A DNA stretch of 64,000 nucleotides from Squalus acanthias. Taxonomy: Eukaryota. Location: positions 105,030,001 through 105,094,000 of the forward strand of contig CM059431.1 in the NCBI GenBank assembly GCA_030390025.1, read 5' to 3'. Both the position numbers and the translations under genes were made by a program. Below are positions 35,633 to 47,398 of the stretch, one piece after another (positions within the stretch are counted from its first letter, which is position 1; each line of letters begins with the position of its first letter). The notes under the pieces were generated by a model, which did not search any database, was not told where the DNA came from, and worked only from the letters and a program-made list of their open reading frames with translations.

Positions 35633-38600
35633 GAACTGTGAGGTTATAACAATCAGGGCAGACTGAACAGGCTGGGGCTCTTTTCTCTAGAATCATAGCA
35701 TCATAGAATGGTTACAGCACAGAAGGAGGCCATTCGGCCCGTTGAGCCCATGCCAGCTCTCTGCAAGAGCACTTCAGCTAGTCCCACTTCCCCCGCCCTT
35801 TCCCCGTAGCCCTGCAAAAAAATTTCCTTCAGTTACTTATCCAACTCCCTTTTGAAAGCCACGATTGAGTCTGCCTCCACCACCCTTTCAGGCAGTGCAT
35901 TCCAGATCATAACCATTCGCTGCGTAAAGAATTCTGTGGTAGAGAATTCCACAGGTTCACCACTCTCTGGGTGAAGAAATTCTTCCTCATTTCTGTCCTA
36001 AATGGCTTACCCCTTATCCTTAGATTATGACCCCTGGTTCTGGACTCTCCGACCATCGGGTCTGGATGTTCTTGCCATGGAAGGAGTTCAGTGAAGATTC
36101 ACAAGGCTGATACCTGGGATGGCAGGAATGACATATGAGGAGAGATTGGGTCGATTGGGCTTATACTCGCTGGAGTATGGAAGAATGAGAGGGGATCTCA
36201 TTGAAACATATAAAATTCTGACAGGTCTGGACAAACTAGATGCAGGAAGAATGTTCCCGATAGTCGGAGAGTCCAGAACCAGGGGTCATAATCTAAGGAT
36301 AAGGGGTAAGCCATTTAGGACAGAAATGAGGAAGAATTTCTTCACCCAGAGAGTGGTGAACCTGTGGAATTCTCTACCACAGAAGGTAGTTGAGGTCAAA
36401 TCATTAAATATATTCAAGAATGAGTTAGATATATTTCTTAAAGCTAAAGGTATCAAGGGATATGGGGAGAAGGCAGGTACAGGGTACTGAGTTTGGATGA
36501 TCAGCCATGATCTTGTCGAATGGTGGAGCAGGCTCGAGGGGCCGAATGGCCTACTCCTGCTCCTATCTTCTATGTTTCTATGTTTCTATGTCTAAAAAAG
36601 GTTTTCCTCATGTCACCGTTGGTTCTTTTGCCAATCACCTTAAATCTGTGTCCTCTGGTTCTCGACCCTTCCGCCAAAAGAGAAGGCTGAGAGATGACCT
36701 GATAGGGGTCTTTAAAATTATGAAGGGGCTCGATAGGATAGATGTAGAGAAGATGGGCTGGATTTTCAATGACCCGTGGAGTCGGGTTTCGAGGCAGCGG
36801 GGGGGGGGGGGGGGTTAAAGTTGCAGATTCGGGGGTCCCGACCCCATCCCGACTCCAACCCGCCTCCATGCCAGTTTCTCTGGCGGCGGGTACTCGACCT
36901 GTTCTGAGACCCGACTCCCCGAGGCGGGAAGGGATTAGTGACAATTAACTGCCTGTTAACAGACAGTTTTTTGCATAATCTCTATTTTAAAAAGAAAACT
37001 GTGGGCTTCCCGACAGGTGGCAACCACTCCAAGTTATCGGGGCGGGCCGTGGGTCTGCAGGGGTTGGAGGGGTCGATATGTCCGGTAGGCAGGTGAGTGA
37101 TGGGTGCATGTGTGCAGAGGTAAGTGTGTAAGGTAAGTGCTAAGTGTTGAAAAAAGTTTTACTTACCTTAACTTCCTCCTGCAGGTGTCAGCCCTTCAGT
37201 TCTCGGGAGTTAGAAATCTCACCCGCACAGAAAGCAGGAAAGCCGTGGTTCTGTCAAAAACTGCAACCTTCTGTTTTCTGTGCTGGAATGATTTCTAACT
37301 CAGCCTGAGAGGAAGGACTGAAGTTAGAAATCATATTGTGAGTGTTTGACAGCTTTACAGAGCTGTCAAACGCTGATATTTCATCTGTCAAAAGCTCTTG
37401 ACAGATGAAATGTCAATCTGTGACATCACCTGTTGCTGGGTGGCCCTTAATTGGCCTGCTGAGCCCACTGGGCGGGCTCAACAAGGTCAATCAAGGGAAA
37501 ATACAGTGGGTTGGCCACATCTCGATGGAGGCGGGTTTACAAGCCAGAATGTGTGATTCCCGACCCCAGCCCGACTCCAACTTCAAAATCCAGCCCAATG
37601 TTTCCACTTGTAGTGGAGTCCAAAACTAAGGGTCATAAATATTATATAGTCACTGATAAATTCAGTAGGGTATTCGGGAGAAACCTCTTCACTCAGAGAG
37701 TGTTGAGAATGTGGAACTCGCTACCACGTGGAATAGTTGAGGCGAATAGCATAGATGCATTTAAGGGCAAGCTAGATTAGTACATGAGGGAGAAAGGAAT
37801 AGAAGGACATAAGAACATAAGAACATAAGAAATAGGAGCAGGAGTAGGCCAATCGGCCCCTCGAGCCTGCTCCACCATTCAATAAGATCATGGCTGATCT
37901 GATCCTAACCTCAAATCTAAAGAACACAAGAAGTAGGAGCAGGACCCGGCCACTCAGCCCCTGGGCCCGCTCCGCCACCCACAGGGCCATGACCGATCCG
38001 AACTCAGCCTCATGTCCAATTTCCTGCCCGCTCCCCGTAACCCCTAATTCCATTTACTTCTAGGAAACTGTCTATTTCTGTTTTAAATTTATTAATGATG
38101 TAGCTTCCACAGCTTCCTGGGGCAGCAAATTCCACAGACCTACTACCCTCTGAGTGAAGAAGTTTCTCCTCATCTCAGTTTGAAAGAGCAGCCCCTCATT
38201 CTAAGATTATGCCCCCTAGTTCTAGTTTCACCCATCCTTGGGAACATCCTTACTGCATCCACCCGATCAAGCCCCTTCACAATCTTATATGTTTCAATAA
38301 GATCACCTCTCATTCTTCTGAACTCCAATGAGTAGAGTCCCAATCTACTCAACCTCTCCTCATATGCCCACCCCCTCATCCCCGGGATTAACCGAGTGAA
38401 CCTTCTTTGTACTGCCTCGAGAGCAAGTATGTCTTTTCTTAAGTATGGACACCAAAACTGTATGCAGTATTCCAGGTGCGGTCTCACCAATACCTTATAT
38501 AACTGCAGTAATACCTCCCTGTTTTTATAATCTATCCCCCTAGCAATAATGTTGATGGGGTGAGTTGAAGGAGGGTGGGAGGAGGCTCGTGTGGAGCATA

Positions 38601-38668
38601 AACACCGGCACAGACCTGCTGGACTGAATGGCCTGTTTCTGTGCTGTAAATTCTATGTCATTCAATGT
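35633..38668. mobile_element. Nested CR1 cluster: outer + strand CR1 (35633-35690, 36677-36754, 37597-37807, 38549-38668) containing further CR1 copies and a MITE
   Basis: Outer CR1 reads through the junctions; inner CR1s at 35690-35928 plus 36592-36675 (-), 36061-36591 (+), 37808-38548 (-). Confidence 0.8.
36755..37596. mobile_element. Harbinger-type MITE (family D)
   Basis: Perfect 12-bp TIR GGGCTGGATTTT/AAAATCCAGCCC; GAT/AAT 3-bp flanks inside a CR1. Confidence 0.85.
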
Positions 38669-39426
38669 AGGTTATATATAACTGAGATACTTGGAAAAAA
38701 TGGAAGAGGCATCAAAATGAACTGGACTGGAGAGATGCTCCACAGTTTAAGACCACAGTGGCAGCACTTATCCAGTCGCCTGCCCTTTAATAAGTTTGTC
38801 AGAAAATGTGGTTTGCCATCAACAATTTGTTTTAGACAGAAGAATCTGAAAAAAGTAATTTTGTTTATATCCAAAGTTCACATCTCTTGATCCTGACAAA
38901 AATGTGCCTGAATATCAAGCAATAATCTACTTCAAATAAAAACAAGAAAATTCATGAATATATTACAGGAATGTACCGCTCATTTTCCTGCACATTTTCC
39001 TCGACCTAGAGTCAGAATCTTTAATGTTGGTCATCTTTTTCCATAGGTGTGATTTGTTTCTCTATTCTCTTAGTCCCTGTCTGCAGGAAATGCCACAGCT
39101 CGATACAATATAAAGACGCTGCCGCACACTGGTGATGTCCTTCAGGTCAAATATCATAACAAGTGTTTGCATTCATCTGTCCAGTGTCACCTCACGCCTC
39201 AGTTGTGTGCAAGAGAAGACACTGAATGAGCAATGGCACAACATGCCGACACCGCACCCCAAGGACATTGCCTTGACTCATTGCTGCTCATACACTGCTC
39301 ACTGACAGCCTGCATGTCACAGCTAACTGGCAGCACCAGTAACAACCGCAAGTAACAAACTTTCACTTTTTTTTTGGAACATGAAATGGTGTTAAAGTAG
39401 ATTTAAACTGAAATAATAAATACCTG

Positions 39427-39838
39427 GGGGGGGGAAATTCGGTGGCTACTTTTAGCACCCCGAAAAAGTTAGCGCCCCTGTGCCGTAAATTCGATGGTAG
39501 CGCCCCAAGCTGACCGGTCGCGGCCGGCACCCCGCATAAAAAAGCGGAAGGTGCTGGCAGGCAGCCAAAAAAAAAGGCTGCGGCCTCGAAAACGCCGCCC
39601 TGACCCTGTCGGACATACCGTCTGGCGGCAGGTCAGGGGGCACGAGCCAAGTTTGCGGCCGGGGCACGAGCGGGGCGCTGCGCACGGCAATGACATTATC
39701 GCCGGAGGCACGGCACCACGGGGCGCTACCGGCTCCTGCCACCGCTAACCTCCCGCTGGATTACACAGGAGCCATTAGCGGTGCCGCGCCCGGGCGCTGG
39801 GGCTAACGGGAGGCGCAAAGCAACCCAATTTTTCCCCC
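39427..39838 (+). mobile_element. Harbinger family C MITE (short)
   Basis: GGGG..AAATT/AATTTTTCCCCC ends; CTG/CTG TSD; right end matches 49040-49070; related to 63088-63753. Confidence 0.8.
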
Positions 39839-40812
39839 CTGGGAGTTGGGAAAGTCTGCGACTCTACCACATTCATGCATTGCTCCAAGGGTTTGTGATA
39901 GCATCAGGACCCCTCAATTGAATTATGGCTTTAGGGTTCCTTCTCAGGTACATGCGCTTCTATACCTCACAGCTTATGTTCCTCCAAATCTGTTCAGTGT
40001 ATCGCAGTTGAGTGTAATTATATGGGAGAAGAATCTCGAAGCAAATTCATGTGCACTAAAATGGCTCCCGATTTGGACAAATTTCTCCACATGACTTGTT
40101 AGACTGTATTTTAATTTGGCAAGACTGTGCCTGAAAGATTGAGACTGGGTAGTTTCTTTTGATTTTATGCATCAGATCCTCAAGGGAAAGTATATCTTGT
40201 AAAAAAAAAATTCTGTTCCTCTTACTCTAAGTTAAGAACCGTACAGTGCCTGAAGAAACTGAATTTTTGAACAAAAGCTTTGGACTGGAATAACCTCAAT
40301 AGGCTCGTCCTTTAAAGTTTGGATATAGTTTAGGAGATACCAATTTCAGTTGAGCAACAACGGATGTCCAATTGTGCGATCTTGCCAAACAGAGGACATC
40401 TAAAGGATAACATCGAGGGGCTCTTTACACCAGCTTGCCTATGTTTTTAATCTCAATTGCCAATCTCCTCCCCTTCTCCTCTCGTGCTGGAGTACGGTTC
40501 CACAATAGGCAGTCACCCTCTGGTATCTTGGCCAAGGGCCATTCTTCACAGGTGAGCCGAGATGTTGATTGCCTGCAAGCTATTCCACTGTGAAGAGTAG
40601 CATGACAAGTGCAACCTTGTTAACACCCCTAATTCCTCAGCTGTGCACTTGTGAACCATGGTTGCTGGATAGTGATCAAGAGCCGAATCTCGTGCTGATT
40701 TTCCCCTCCCTAGCCCGAGAGTGTTAAGACCAATGGTAATGCTGTACTGTCACAAAGAAAGAAATGAGAAGTCGCACAACACCAGGTTATAGTCCAACAG
40801 ATTTATTTAATG

Positions 40813-40850
40813 TTACAAGCTTTCGGAGCTATCGCTCCTTCGTCAGGTAA
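40813..40850 (-). ncRNA. Minimal hammerhead ribozyme (PLE)
   Basis: UUAC CUGACGA A GGAGC GAUA GCUCC GAAA GC UU GUAA. Confidence 0.8.
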
Positions 40851-41383
40851 GTTAGCAATGAGAGAATCTCCCAGAATTCACAATTTAAACCCAGACAAAA
40901 TCTATTCACATTATTCGCTACAACAAAGAGCACAGCCAAGACAATGAGATGTGTCCCAGGGGGTCCAACGTGTCAAACCACCTGCTGGCTGCATATCCTG
41001 TCAATTTGTGTTCTTGTGTTAGCCTTTTAAAAAAAAAAAAAAAAAAAAAACCCAAAAAAAAACACCTGGGAAGACCGGCCATGATGTCAAGTCACGTTCT
41101 GTATCGTGACATGAACCTCCGTATGTATCGATACAGAACGTGACTTGACATCATGGCCGGTCTTCCCAGGTGTTTTTTTTTGGGTTTTTTTTTTGGTTTT
41201 TTTTTAAAAGGCTAACACAAGAACACAAATTGACAGGATATGCAGCCAGCAGGTGGTTTGACACGTTGGACCCCCTGGGACACATCTCATTGTCTTGGCT
41301 GTGCTCTTTGTTGTAGCGAATAATGTGAATAGATTTTGTCTGGGTTTAAATTGTGAATTCTGGGAGATTCTCTCATTGCTAAC

Positions 41384-41421
41384 TTACCTGACGAAGGAGC
41401 GATAGCTCCGAAAGCTTGTAA
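41384..41421 (+). ncRNA. Minimal hammerhead ribozyme (PLE)
   Basis: UUAC CUGACGA A GGAGC GAUA GCUCC GAAA GC UU GUAA. Confidence 0.8.
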
Positions 41422-41509
41422 CATTAAATAAATCTGTTGGACTATAACCTGGTGTTGTGCGACTTCTCATTTTTGTCCACCCCAGTCCAACGCCGGCATC
41501 TCCACATCA

Positions 41510-41607
41510 CAAAGAAAGAAGACAAAGACAGAGACAGAAAGAGACAGAGACAGAGACAGAGAAAGAGATAGAGAAAGAGATAAAGAAAGAAAGAAAAGGA
41601 AAGAGGG
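41510..41607. repeat. GA-rich simple repeat (expanded SINE tail)
   Basis: (GAAA)/(GACAGA) runs abutting the SINE 3' end. Confidence 0.8.
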
Positions 41608-42060
41608 AACTTTCATTTACAAATCACCTTTCATGACTTCAGGACGTATCAAATTGCTTCAGAGCCAATGAAGTACTTTTGAAGTGTCGTCAATGTTGTA
41701 ACGCAGGAAGTGTGGCAGCCAATTTGTGTACAGCAAGATCCCACAAACAGCAATGAGATAATTGATCAGATAATCTGTTTTAATGAAGTGGGTTGAGGCA
41801 TAAATATTGCCAGAGCACCGAGATAGCTTCTCTGCTCTTCTTCTAATAGTGCCATGGAATCTTCTACATCCCCTTGAGAGGGCTGTTGTTGCCTTGGTTT
41901 AACGTTTCATCTGTAAGACAGCACCTCCGACAGTACGGCATTCACTCGGTCCTGCACTGAAGTGTCAGCCTGGATGATGTGCTCAAGTCCTGCAGTGGGG
42001 CTTGGACACACAACCTTCTGACTCAGAGGTGAGAGTGCTGCCCACTGAGCCACGACTGAC
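41608..42060 (-). mobile_element. Deu-SINE, full length, older
   Basis: tRNA head at ~41990-42060, Deu core and tail. Confidence 0.85.
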
Positions 42061-43925
42061 AATATAACAGAATATAGGGAAAACCATCAGCATCTCCCTT
42101 ATTTTCGGATAAATCCTATGATTTGTAGGACTGACAAGGAACAGAGAGAGATACACTGGTTGAGAAGTAATACAAGGCAGATTTTGCAGAAAGGAACTGC
42201 TCAGAGTTGGATAGACAGGGTTGTAAAATTGTAAAGTTGTAATACGCTGCAGTTTCACTAGATTTCCTTTGGAAGTAAGGGAAAAATGTAAGAGCTTTAA
42301 CTTTTTGGATGTTTATCATAGTCTCTACTCAATCATGATGACTGCCTCTTCATAATGGAAAAAATACATTCATGACTTGTGGAAAGAATGAGCTTGGTAG
42401 GCCGAGTGACCTTTACTCAATGGTTTTATTCTTGATACTTGAGTAATTTCATTGTTAAATACTCATTGTCATCTTTTTTTCAACAAGTAGGAGTTGGTGG
42501 CAAAGGTGACACATTGGGAGATGGTGAATGGGGGGAGGGTGGGGGAGGGAGGAGGGACCCATCATGAAGGTGAGGGCAGGCAGGCCATCACCAATGCATA
42601 AGAGACCGAATGATCACCCTGCAAAAACTTAAGCAATCCATTCTCTCTCTAGAAGTCTTCAGGATAAAGCGTCAGGGCAACAGATGCATCCAGCTACAGC
42701 CACAGATAAGATGGATAACGGAGGGCTGAAGGACATACCAAAAGGGTATGCAGAAATGGGTCAGTTGTAATGGGGGAATAGCGAGGGGTCTGAAGGGGCA
42801 ACAACACAAGGGTAAACACGAACGGGGAAAGGGTCACAATGAGGGAAGTGCAAAGAGCTGATGTGTGATGCAGGAACGGTAAGGAATAGCGAGTTGAGGG
42901 AGACTGAGCAAAGTGAGAGAGGATGCACCAATGTGCACGTGTGTATGTGTGTGTGTGGGGGGGGGGGAAGAGTTGTACAGATACCTCAAGAATGGGGAGC
43001 ATTCAACAACTCTGGAAAAACATCACAAAGAGGCCAAGGGGTTTAAGAAGGGCAGTGGAGAACAACAGAAGTGCTCCACAGCAGAATTAGCAAGTACAGT
43101 CAGGAAATAGTAAGTGCAGCAGGACAGGGCAAAAAAGAACAACAGGGAATAGCAAACTCTAGAGAAACAGAATGGGAGAAGGAGAGGAACAGTGGCATAG
43201 GGAGCACATAGAAAGTAAACACAAAGGAAAACATTATGCAGGACAACAAATAAGACAAGCGCTACACACCATATGCTTCCTCCTACCCACAAAAAGAAGA
43301 AAAACATGAAAAAAAGGATAAAGGAAGACAAAGAGGGACAGAAGCAAAATAACAGAGACACAAATGCAAAATAAACAGAAAGCGACAGACAGAACCACAG
43401 GAAGACACAGTGACTCCACCAGGAATATGAGGACAACAAACATAGTTAAGGCCCAGAGCTAATCCTGCAACTTACTGCAAACAAATTGGGCCGTATTTTG
43501 CGATCCCTACGGGTGCGTACGAGGTGTGTACATGTCCATAGGGGCCGCACAAGTTCCGGGTTTAGGCATGTGAAGCACATACGCTAAAACGCGGAACTTG
43601 CGATCTGTCAAGAATCTTCTTGACAGATCCTCGGCATCCCCGGGCGGTGACCCTCTGCGGGCGGAGAGTTGCTCTATTTGCCCAATTTCTGCTCGCTGAA
43701 TGCCCGTGAAATTCTTATGCCTGGTAAGGCCTGCTTTTACCAGCATAAGAGTTTTAAAAAATAGAAAAATAAAATGTTATCACTCATTTATACATTAAAA
43801 ACCCTGTCCAATAAGGAAAGTTTATTGCAAAAAGAAAATCCTGCAGATGCTGGAAATCTGAAATAAAAACAGAAAATGCTGGAGATACTCAGCAGGTCGG
43901 GCAGCATCCGTGAAGAGAGAAACAG

Positions 43926-43962
43926 AGTTAACGTTTCAGGTTGATGACCTTTCGTCAGAACT
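43926..43962 (-). ncRNA. Minimal hammerhead ribozyme (PLE family 2)
   Basis: AGUU CUGACGA A AGGU CAUCA ACCU GAAA CG UU AACU. Confidence 0.7.
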
Positions 43963-44097
43963 GGAAAAAAGCAGGAAATGGAACAGATTTTTAAGCAAGT
44001 GTAGGGGCTAGGAAAGGGGGGAGGGGATTAAAGAACAAAAGGGAAGGTCTGTGATAGGATAGAAGGCAGGAGAGATTAAGAGACATTAAGAGATATT

Positions 44098-44862
44098 GGC
44101 CCGAAAATTAGACCTAATACGGGAGATTACGCACTGTGTACTCTCGCGTATTAGGTCCCGAAGTGCCGGTTTCCTGCATGCACTGCGCATGCGCGGGAAA
44201 CCGGCACTTCGGGTATTGCGAAGGGGGCGGTTCCTAAGTGAACCGCGTGCGCGCTACAGGTTGTGCGCACGCAGCGCACTTAGTTTTTTTTTCAGGTTTG
44301 AACGCGCAGGTAAGTGTTGAAGATTTTACACATAAAGAAAGCAGGTGTAAGACCCCCTTTTAACAAGGTAAGTAGTTAATTAAGTATTATTTTAAATTTT
44401 TTTCAACAGGTTTATCTTTTTTAGAGACTTTAAAGAAAGGTAAGTTTATTTTTATAACTTTTAAAAAGAATTTAAATTTTTTCAAAAATTTAAATTTTTG
44501 TTTAAAGTGGTTAATTTATTTAACTATAGTTATTTTATTAATGTGATGGCTTTTTTTTAAATTTAATTGAGGTTTAGCTGTTCTTTTGGGGGCTTGTTGT
44601 ATTCATTGTTTTGACAGCTCTTGCTGTCAAAACTATGAATGAAAGATGGTGTACTGCCATTGGCTCTAACTGGCCCACGTGATCCCAGAGGTAGCATCGA
44701 ACTAACTGCGCCTCTGGGACACGCACACACTGCGCGCCGGCACCAGGGAGAGGCCCAGGAACTGAAGTTCGTGTGGGCCAAAACCATAAAGGTAGGCGCG
44801 GAGTGCGATATCGCGGGGGATCCTTACCCCCGCGGCAACCATCGAACTCCAATTTCTGGGCC
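44098..44862 (-). mobile_element. MITE family B, copy 2
   Basis: TIR GGCCCGAAAATT/AATTTCTGGGCC; reverse complement of 23164-23906. Confidence 0.88.
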
Positions 44863-45267
44863 AATCAAGGCAAAAGGAGATGGTAATGGCACAGGTTAAG
44901 AAACAAAGGGGGAAAAATTAGGTCGCGCCCCATTTGGGGTGCAAATATCGTCTGGACGCAAATATTAGCGCCTGGCGCTAATTATCGCCACTGACTGGAA
45001 ACTTCACTTTTACCGGCCCCGGGAGGTGAGTGGAGCGCTAAATCAGGCGCTGCACACCTGTCTTAAGGCGCAAAGGCCGAGCAGTGAGGCGCTAACTCAG
45101 AGCGCGAGCGCAGCGCAGCTGCTGCCAGTTAGCGAGGGAACACAGACACACTGGCGCCGGCCACTTCTTAAAGCGGGGGGGGCCAACTTGCTCCCCAGCC
45201 ACACCCTGCTCATTGCAGCCTTGAATCTCGGCCTGGAGAGACCTGTGAATCCATTTTGCTGCCAAGG

Positions 45268-47153
45268 ATGGAGAGGGTGAGAGAACGAGCTCATCGCTTC
45301 ACCGAGCGGGCCTTGGATGCTCTGGTTGGCGCGGTGGAGCACAGAAGATGTATACTCTTCCCTGAGAGTGGCAGGAGGCCTTTGCCACGCGAGTACAGAA
45401 GAGTGTGGAGGGAGGTGGCTCAGAGCGTCTCCTCCAGGAGCATGGTGCCCAGGACCCATACTCAATGCTGCAAAAAGTTCAACGACCTCACTCGGGTCGT
45501 CAGGGTGAGTGGCTTTTTCTCAATACCTCTCCATCCCTCCATCTCAACCTCACTCTATGGCCAGAGGGTCTTAAAACCCCAATGCACAACACTCATCCAA
45601 CACCTATGGCCCTTTCATGAAACACACACACACATTCCACACTTTGCATACAGTAAGGGCTATTCACCTATGGGAGGCACATCAGGCAAGACCATGGCTG
45701 CATACAGTCAGGGCTATTCACCTATGGGAGGCACATCAGGCAAGACCATGGCTGTATACTTACTCAGATGCTGTCCTTTTTCTTACAGGCCAAGCTGGCG
45801 CATAATCGGAGACAGCAGCAATGGACAGGTGGAGGGCGGCCTCAGCTGCAACCCCTCAGCGATCTTGAGGAGCGCGTCCACAGGATTGTGGCAAGCCGGG
45901 TGATTGGTCCCGTCGCCACTGGAGACGCCGACCCCGTTGTGGACAGCAATGGTAAGGTCATCACCTTTTTGTCCTCTGTCCTTCCACTTGTCCCTCACAA
46001 CACCAGCCTTTGACACTTTCAATCCAACTTGCTAACTCGCTGCACTTATTCCTCCCTTACTGCCACCCTGTCCTCACGCTAAAGCCACTCTTGTACCTCC
46101 CTGCTTTCAGATGGTGATTCACCAGCTGAGGAGACGGGCCCTGAAGCTGCCACTGGGAGTGAAGCTGCAGCCGAGGAGGAAGAGGAAGCCGGAGCATCAG
46201 TGCCACCCTCTCCCGAGGAAGCCCATGCCCACACTGGGAACACGCCTTCCCTGGAGGGGAGCAGGGGGGAAGGGTCTGATGAGGGTGAAGCTCCAGGACC
46301 CAGCGGGCTGCAGCAACGCCATGGGGGTAGGGAAGAACGGGGGCCTTCTCCCCAGAGGGAGAGTATGCCAGACACTCCTACTGCAATGGACGCAGAGGAG
46401 GAGCGGCTGATCGCAGAAATGAACACCCAGGCGGTGGGCATGCACACTGAGCTCATGGGTGCAGTGGGAAGGGTGCCCGAATGCATTGAGTCACTGGCAA
46501 GGAGTGTGGAGCACTTCGCTGTAGCACAGGCGGATGCCACACTAACGCTTAGTGCTGCAATTCAGTCACTGGCTGCCGTGATCCCATCTCTGACTGCTCT
46601 CATGCAGACTCAGATTGAGGCCACGCGAGCACAGGCTGCTGCCAACCTTGATGGTTCGTTCACATGTCCCCGGGGCTGTCACCGCGCCGCAGCAGGCCAG
46701 CAATCTGTTCTCCAGCAGATTGCTCCGGATGCTGAAGTGCTGCCCCGTGGGAGTGCCAGTGTGTCGGGCGAGCAGGGAGTTGCTGTCCTCTCTCACGATG
46801 ACAGCATTCCTGCTGCCAACACTGTCACTTCTCCACTGCACTTGCCACTGCCTGTAGGACAGACTGCTGCCGCCCATGCAGAGTTGTTGCAGTCTGCAGC
46901 CGGGCCCTCCAGGCCCAGAACTGGTCGAGGCCGTCCTTCAGGGGCATCTGCAGTGTCAGGGTCTGACGAGCAGCAGTCTTCCACCAGCCTTGCTGCAGCC
47001 ACTGAGGTCCCATTACGGAGGAGCAGTAGGGTTAGAAGGGGGGAAGTGCGCAAGGGAAGGAGATCACCCTCGAAGGGCAAAAGTAGGAGGTGTGACAAAA
47101 TGCTGGTCATTTTTATATTAAAGGTCGAGGTTCATGGTCCAACTTTTGTTTAG
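45268..47153 (+). CDS. Harbinger Myb/SANT-like DNA-binding protein, predicted 480 aa; exons 45268-45504, 45789-45951, 46111-47153
   Basis: Exon 1 RFTERALDALVGAV...ILFP...VWREVAQSVS...RTHTQCCKKFNDL; exon 2 AKLAHNRR...TGGG; GT-AG introns (AGG|GTGAGT, TACAG|, ATG|GTAAGG, TTTCAG|) in compatible phases 0 and 1; no stops. Confidence 0.85.
45647..45754 (+). repeat. 54-bp tandem duplication in intron 1 of the Myb-like gene
   Basis: CATACAGT(A/C)AGGGCTATTCACCTATGGGAGGCACATCAGGCAAGACCATGGCTG twice. Confidence 0.95.
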
Positions 47154-47213
47154 TGTTTTGGACATTATCTCCAGGTTGTGAGAACCAGTTATGTTATTGA
47201 CTGTTTTTTTGTG

Positions 47214-47269
47214 TTTATTTCTATGAGTTTGTCATGAGGAATTGACACACACAGAGTTTGTAAAATAAA
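47214..47269. terminator. Candidate opposed polyadenylation signals between the convergent genes
   Basis: AATAAA on minus (47214-47219) and plus (47264-47269) strands. Confidence 0.5.
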
Positions 47270-47398
47270 TAAGTTTCTGTATTCAAAATATACATGGTTG
47301 GTGGTTGGAATTATTGGTGCCTTGGCCGGCTTAGGGGTTGCGTGCTGGGTTCATTGATGTTGTTAGCAATGGCAGAAGCCATTTCCACAGCAGGGGCC

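Larger units (their letters stand above)
40764..41506. mobile_element. Penelope-like element forming a long near-perfect inverted repeat
   Basis: Arms 40762-41106 and 41129-41472, 22-nt spacer, 34-nt extension, 14-bp TSD TCACAAAGAAAGAA (40750-40763, 41507-41520); ORF end GGFMSRYRT* on minus strand at 41092-41121. Confidence 0.92.
43828..44907 (-). mobile_element. PLE family 2 3' end (43828-44097 and 44863-44907)
   Basis: Reverse complement of 1537-1834; 11-bp TSD. Confidence 0.8.

Noticed and set aside
43023..43439. Hydrophobic 138-aa ORF resembling a membrane protein
   Set aside because: Complement of an A/G-rich low-complexity tract; composition artefact
45256..45903. 215-aa unspliced ORF as the Myb protein
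   Set aside because: Reads through intron 1, including the 54-bp duplication; the spliced model restores the conserved K..HN....TGGG segment
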